Origin: a virus | Lineage: Duplodnaviria > Caudoviricetes | IMG/VR virus record: IMGVR_UViG_3300032227_001172 | Coordinates: 166,692 to 230,691 of that record | DNA: 64,000 nucleotides | Strand: one strand, 5' to 3' | Shown: piece by piece, positions 61,887-64,000 of the stretch | How positions within the stretch are numbered: the stretch's first letter is position 1 | Layout: each line of letters starts with the position of its first letter | Made by a program: the position numbers and the translations under genes | The notes under the pieces: model-generated | What the model was told of the DNA's origin: nothing | The model's input: the letters and a program-made list of their open reading frames with translations, nothing else | Database searches by the model: none

Positions 61887-62765
61887 ATGGCTGTTCCGTT
61901 TATGTTTGTGGATGGTAATTTGACGCTGGTTCTTAATAATCAGAGTTATCAGGTATTGCCGGATCATATCAACTATAAGTTGATTCTGGAAAGACTTCCC
62001 TCTGCTACGGCAGAGGAACTGTTGGAAGTTGTTGATGTCCAAAAGGCTGTTGCTACTTTTAGTGATGGACTTGTGGAGATCAAGAATGGACAGGTTCTTT
62101 ATGAGGGTGAGGAAGTTCATGGTAGTATCAGTAAGCGTATTCTGGAGTTTATGAGCAAGGGATTGCCCTTTCAGCCTCTTGTTAATTTCCTGAATAATCT
62201 CATGGAAAATCCAAGTATGCAGAGTCAGAAGGAATTGTATGATTTCTTGGAGCATGAGCATCTGCCTATCACTGAGGATGGTTTCTTTCTCGCCTATAAG
62301 GCTGTTCGTTCAGACTTTAAGGATAAGTATAGGGGAGTTTTTGATAATAGGGTTGGTCAGGTCTGCCAAATGCAACGGGCAAAGGTAGATGATGATCGTG
62401 GTCGTGGTTGTTCTAATGGGCTTCATGCTGGAGCATTGAATTATGTTGCCGGTTATGGTAGTCTTGAGGCTGGCGACCGCATCGTGATTGTCAAGATTAA
62501 TCCCAAGGATGTTGTGAGTGTTCCTAGTGATTGTAACTATGAAAAGCTCCGCACTTGCCGTTACGAAGTAGTTGGTGAGTACGAGGGTGAATTGCTCAAG
62601 CCTCTTTATAAGGCTGATTTTAGTCAGGATGATTATGAGGATGACGAAGATGATTATCTAAATGACTATGATGAAAGCTATTGGGATCAGTTTGATGAAG
62701 AGGATGATGAGGATGAGGACGAGGATGAGTCAGATGATCTTGACGACGAAGGATACTATAACTAA
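61887..62765 (+). CDS. rIIB: rIIB-like protein with acidic tail
   Basis: NPS....ELYDFL, ITEDGFFLAYK, CSNGLH, VKINPKDVVSVPSD, KLRTCRYEVV. Confidence 0.92.
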   Translation: MAVPFMFVDGNLTLVLNNQSYQVLPDHINYKLILERLPSATAEELLEVVDVQKAVATFSDGLVEIKNGQVLYEGEEVHGSISKRILEFMSKGLPFQPLVNFLNNLMENPSMQSQKELYDFLEHEHLPITEDGFFLAYKAVRSDFKDKYRGVFDNRVGQVCQMQRAKVDDDRGRGCSNGLHAGALNYVAGYGSLEAGDRIVIVKINPKDVVSVPSDCNYEKLRTCRYEVVGEYEGELLKPLYKADFSQDDYEDDEDDYLNDYDESYWDQFDEEDDEDEDEDESDDLDDEGYYN

Positions 62766-62771
62766 ATAATC

Positions 62772-62853
62772 AAGGTGGTGTTTGGAACTTGTAAGATAGT
62801 ACCTATATAGTTTCTACTATCGTACAATAACGGTTCGATTCCGTTACCATCTT
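62772..62853 (+). ncRNA. tRNA-like element with extended non-canonical anticodon arm
   Basis: aaggtggt/accatctt stem; aacgg-TTCGATT-ccgtt; ttgta..gatagta/tactatc..tacaa arm. Confidence 0.6.
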
Positions 62854-62933
62854 TTAAGATATTGCTTTTGATGGTAGTGTTTACTGTCCCAATATCAAAA
62901 ATGTAGGTAAGAAGTTGGAAAAAGGAATAATAA

Positions 62934-64000
62934 ATGTTTAGCGATAATATTGGTTTTAATCCGTTCGATAAGAATAACAATGTTCATGCTAATGGTAATG
63001 CTCAAAATAGACAAAGATTTTTGAGTTCATTCAATCAGAGCCATATCTTTATTTATAATGGCAATCCCCGTAAAAAGATTAGTAGCATGAATCATACCAA
63101 CGATATCAATGAAATGCTTGAAGCAAATGTAAACAATCATTCCGATTCTTATTTTTATGTGAATGGTGGTCGCAAACTTTATGCTATCAAGCAATTTACT
63201 TGTTGCTTCTGTGATATGGATGCTGGTAGAAATGCTGATGGTACTTATTTTAAGCCTAGTGTTGTTATGCAACACAAGAAGAGGTTTCTACAAAAGATCA
63301 ACGAGTTTCCCGTTAAACCAAGCTGGGTAGTCGATACCCGTAATGGCTATCAGTGCTATTGGATTTTTGATGATGCTTCAAGAAATATTGTTGGGGCAAA
63401 TAAAACTTTCTGGAATGGTTTGCAGAAAAAACTTGTTAACTACTTTGGTGGTGATCCAAGAGCTATCAAGCCCAACCAAATTTATCGTGTTCCTTATACT
63501 TGGTGGCGTAAGGAATGGGAAAAGAAAGCTCCTTATTTTACGAGTCTCCTCCCTGGTAGCACTGGTCAACCAATTAATGTAACTGATCTAAAGTCCGCTC
63601 TTACTGGTCAACCAGCTACTCTACAGATCGTTCCTGAGAAGTGTAGTGATGAATGGTATAAGGGTTATGCCAAGGCTTATAAGCAGTCTGATATTACTGG
63701 TGTTCCAGTACCAGTGAATGTTGCAACAAACATATTGAATCAAATGAGGTCTTTGAATCCAGAAGTATATACCAATAGCACAGAAGATATTAATACTGTG
63801 TATAGTTCTACTAATGTCTTTCAAAAAGCTTATGGAGATCCAATGCCTGTACATCCTGTTGATGAGGACGCTCTGGTAGACGATATGGATGGCTCTACAG
63901 ATGCACAGGATGCTCTACCAGACGAAGATATGAATCTGGATGGTCAGCAGACCAAGCTTTTAAAGACGGTCGTGGAGTTCCTTAATCAAGTCTCAACGCC
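62934..64000 (+). CDS. RepB-like (AEP superfamily) primase-domain protein, partial
   Basis: Hand-translated open frame to window end: FCDMDAG, PSWVVDTRNGYQCYW, GDPRAIKPNQIYRVPYTWWRK; aagga RBS. Confidence 0.72.
   Translation, partial: MFSDNIGFNPFDKNNNVHANGNAQNRQRFLSSFNQSHIFIYNGNPRKKISSMNHTNDINEMLEANVNNHSDSYFYVNGGRKLYAIKQFTCCFCDMDAGRNADGTYFKPSVVMQHKKRFLQKINEFPVKPSWVVDTRNGYQCYWIFDDASRNIVGANKTFWNGLQKKLVNYFGGDPRAIKPNQIYRVPYTWWRKEWEKKAPYFTSLLPGSTGQPINVTDLKSALTGQPATLQIVPEKCSDEWYKGYAKAYKQSDITGVPVPVNVATNILNQMRSLNPEVYTNSTEDINTVYSSTNVFQKAYGDPMPVHPVDEDALVDDMDGSTDAQDALPDEDMNLDGQQTKLLKTVVEFLNQVST

Noticed and set aside
62627-62762. GAT/GAG-rich low-complexity repeat
   Set aside because: It simply encodes the acidic tail of rIIB.
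1-64000. Stop-codon reassignment as seen in some large phages
   Set aside because: Long genes are intact in the standard code, TAG, TGA and TAA all end recognisable genes, and no suppressor tRNA is seen.

Overview
This window is 64 kb of a large lytic dsDNA bacteriophage genome with myovirus-like gene content, using the standard genetic code. Nearly all genes lie on the + strand. Zone 1 (1-14 kb, visibly GC-richer) is an early/host-takeover-like region. Eleven copies of a rigidly spaced 78-bp double-palindrome element divide it into 0.8-2.0 kb modules, each usually followed by an A/T tract and a sigma70-type promoter. The modules carry small ORFs (GP88-like, bL12-CTD-like, kinase-like, PRTase, DUF932), two tRNA clusters (including unusual Ser-ACT and Ile-TAT anticodons) and an array of structured non-coding RNAs separated by AATACAA linkers. 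Zone 2 (14-59 kb, AT-rich) holds over 100 short hypothetical ORFs with many paralog pairs. It also has metallophosphoesterases, ASCH proteins, an HNH endonuclease, thyX, uvsE, a deaminase, a sulfotransferase, a DksA/TraR-like zinc finger, tmRNA, an ATP-dependent DNA ligase, a four-gene glycosyltransferase cluster, an HhH glycosylase-like protein, PspC and CAP proteins. Zone 3 (59-64 kb) has rIIA, rIIB and a RepB-type primase-like ORF that runs off the end. The strongest novelty candidates are the 78-bp cassette-delimiting element and the ncRNA/tRNA-mimic array. All family assignments come from motifs read by eye; no database searches were run.
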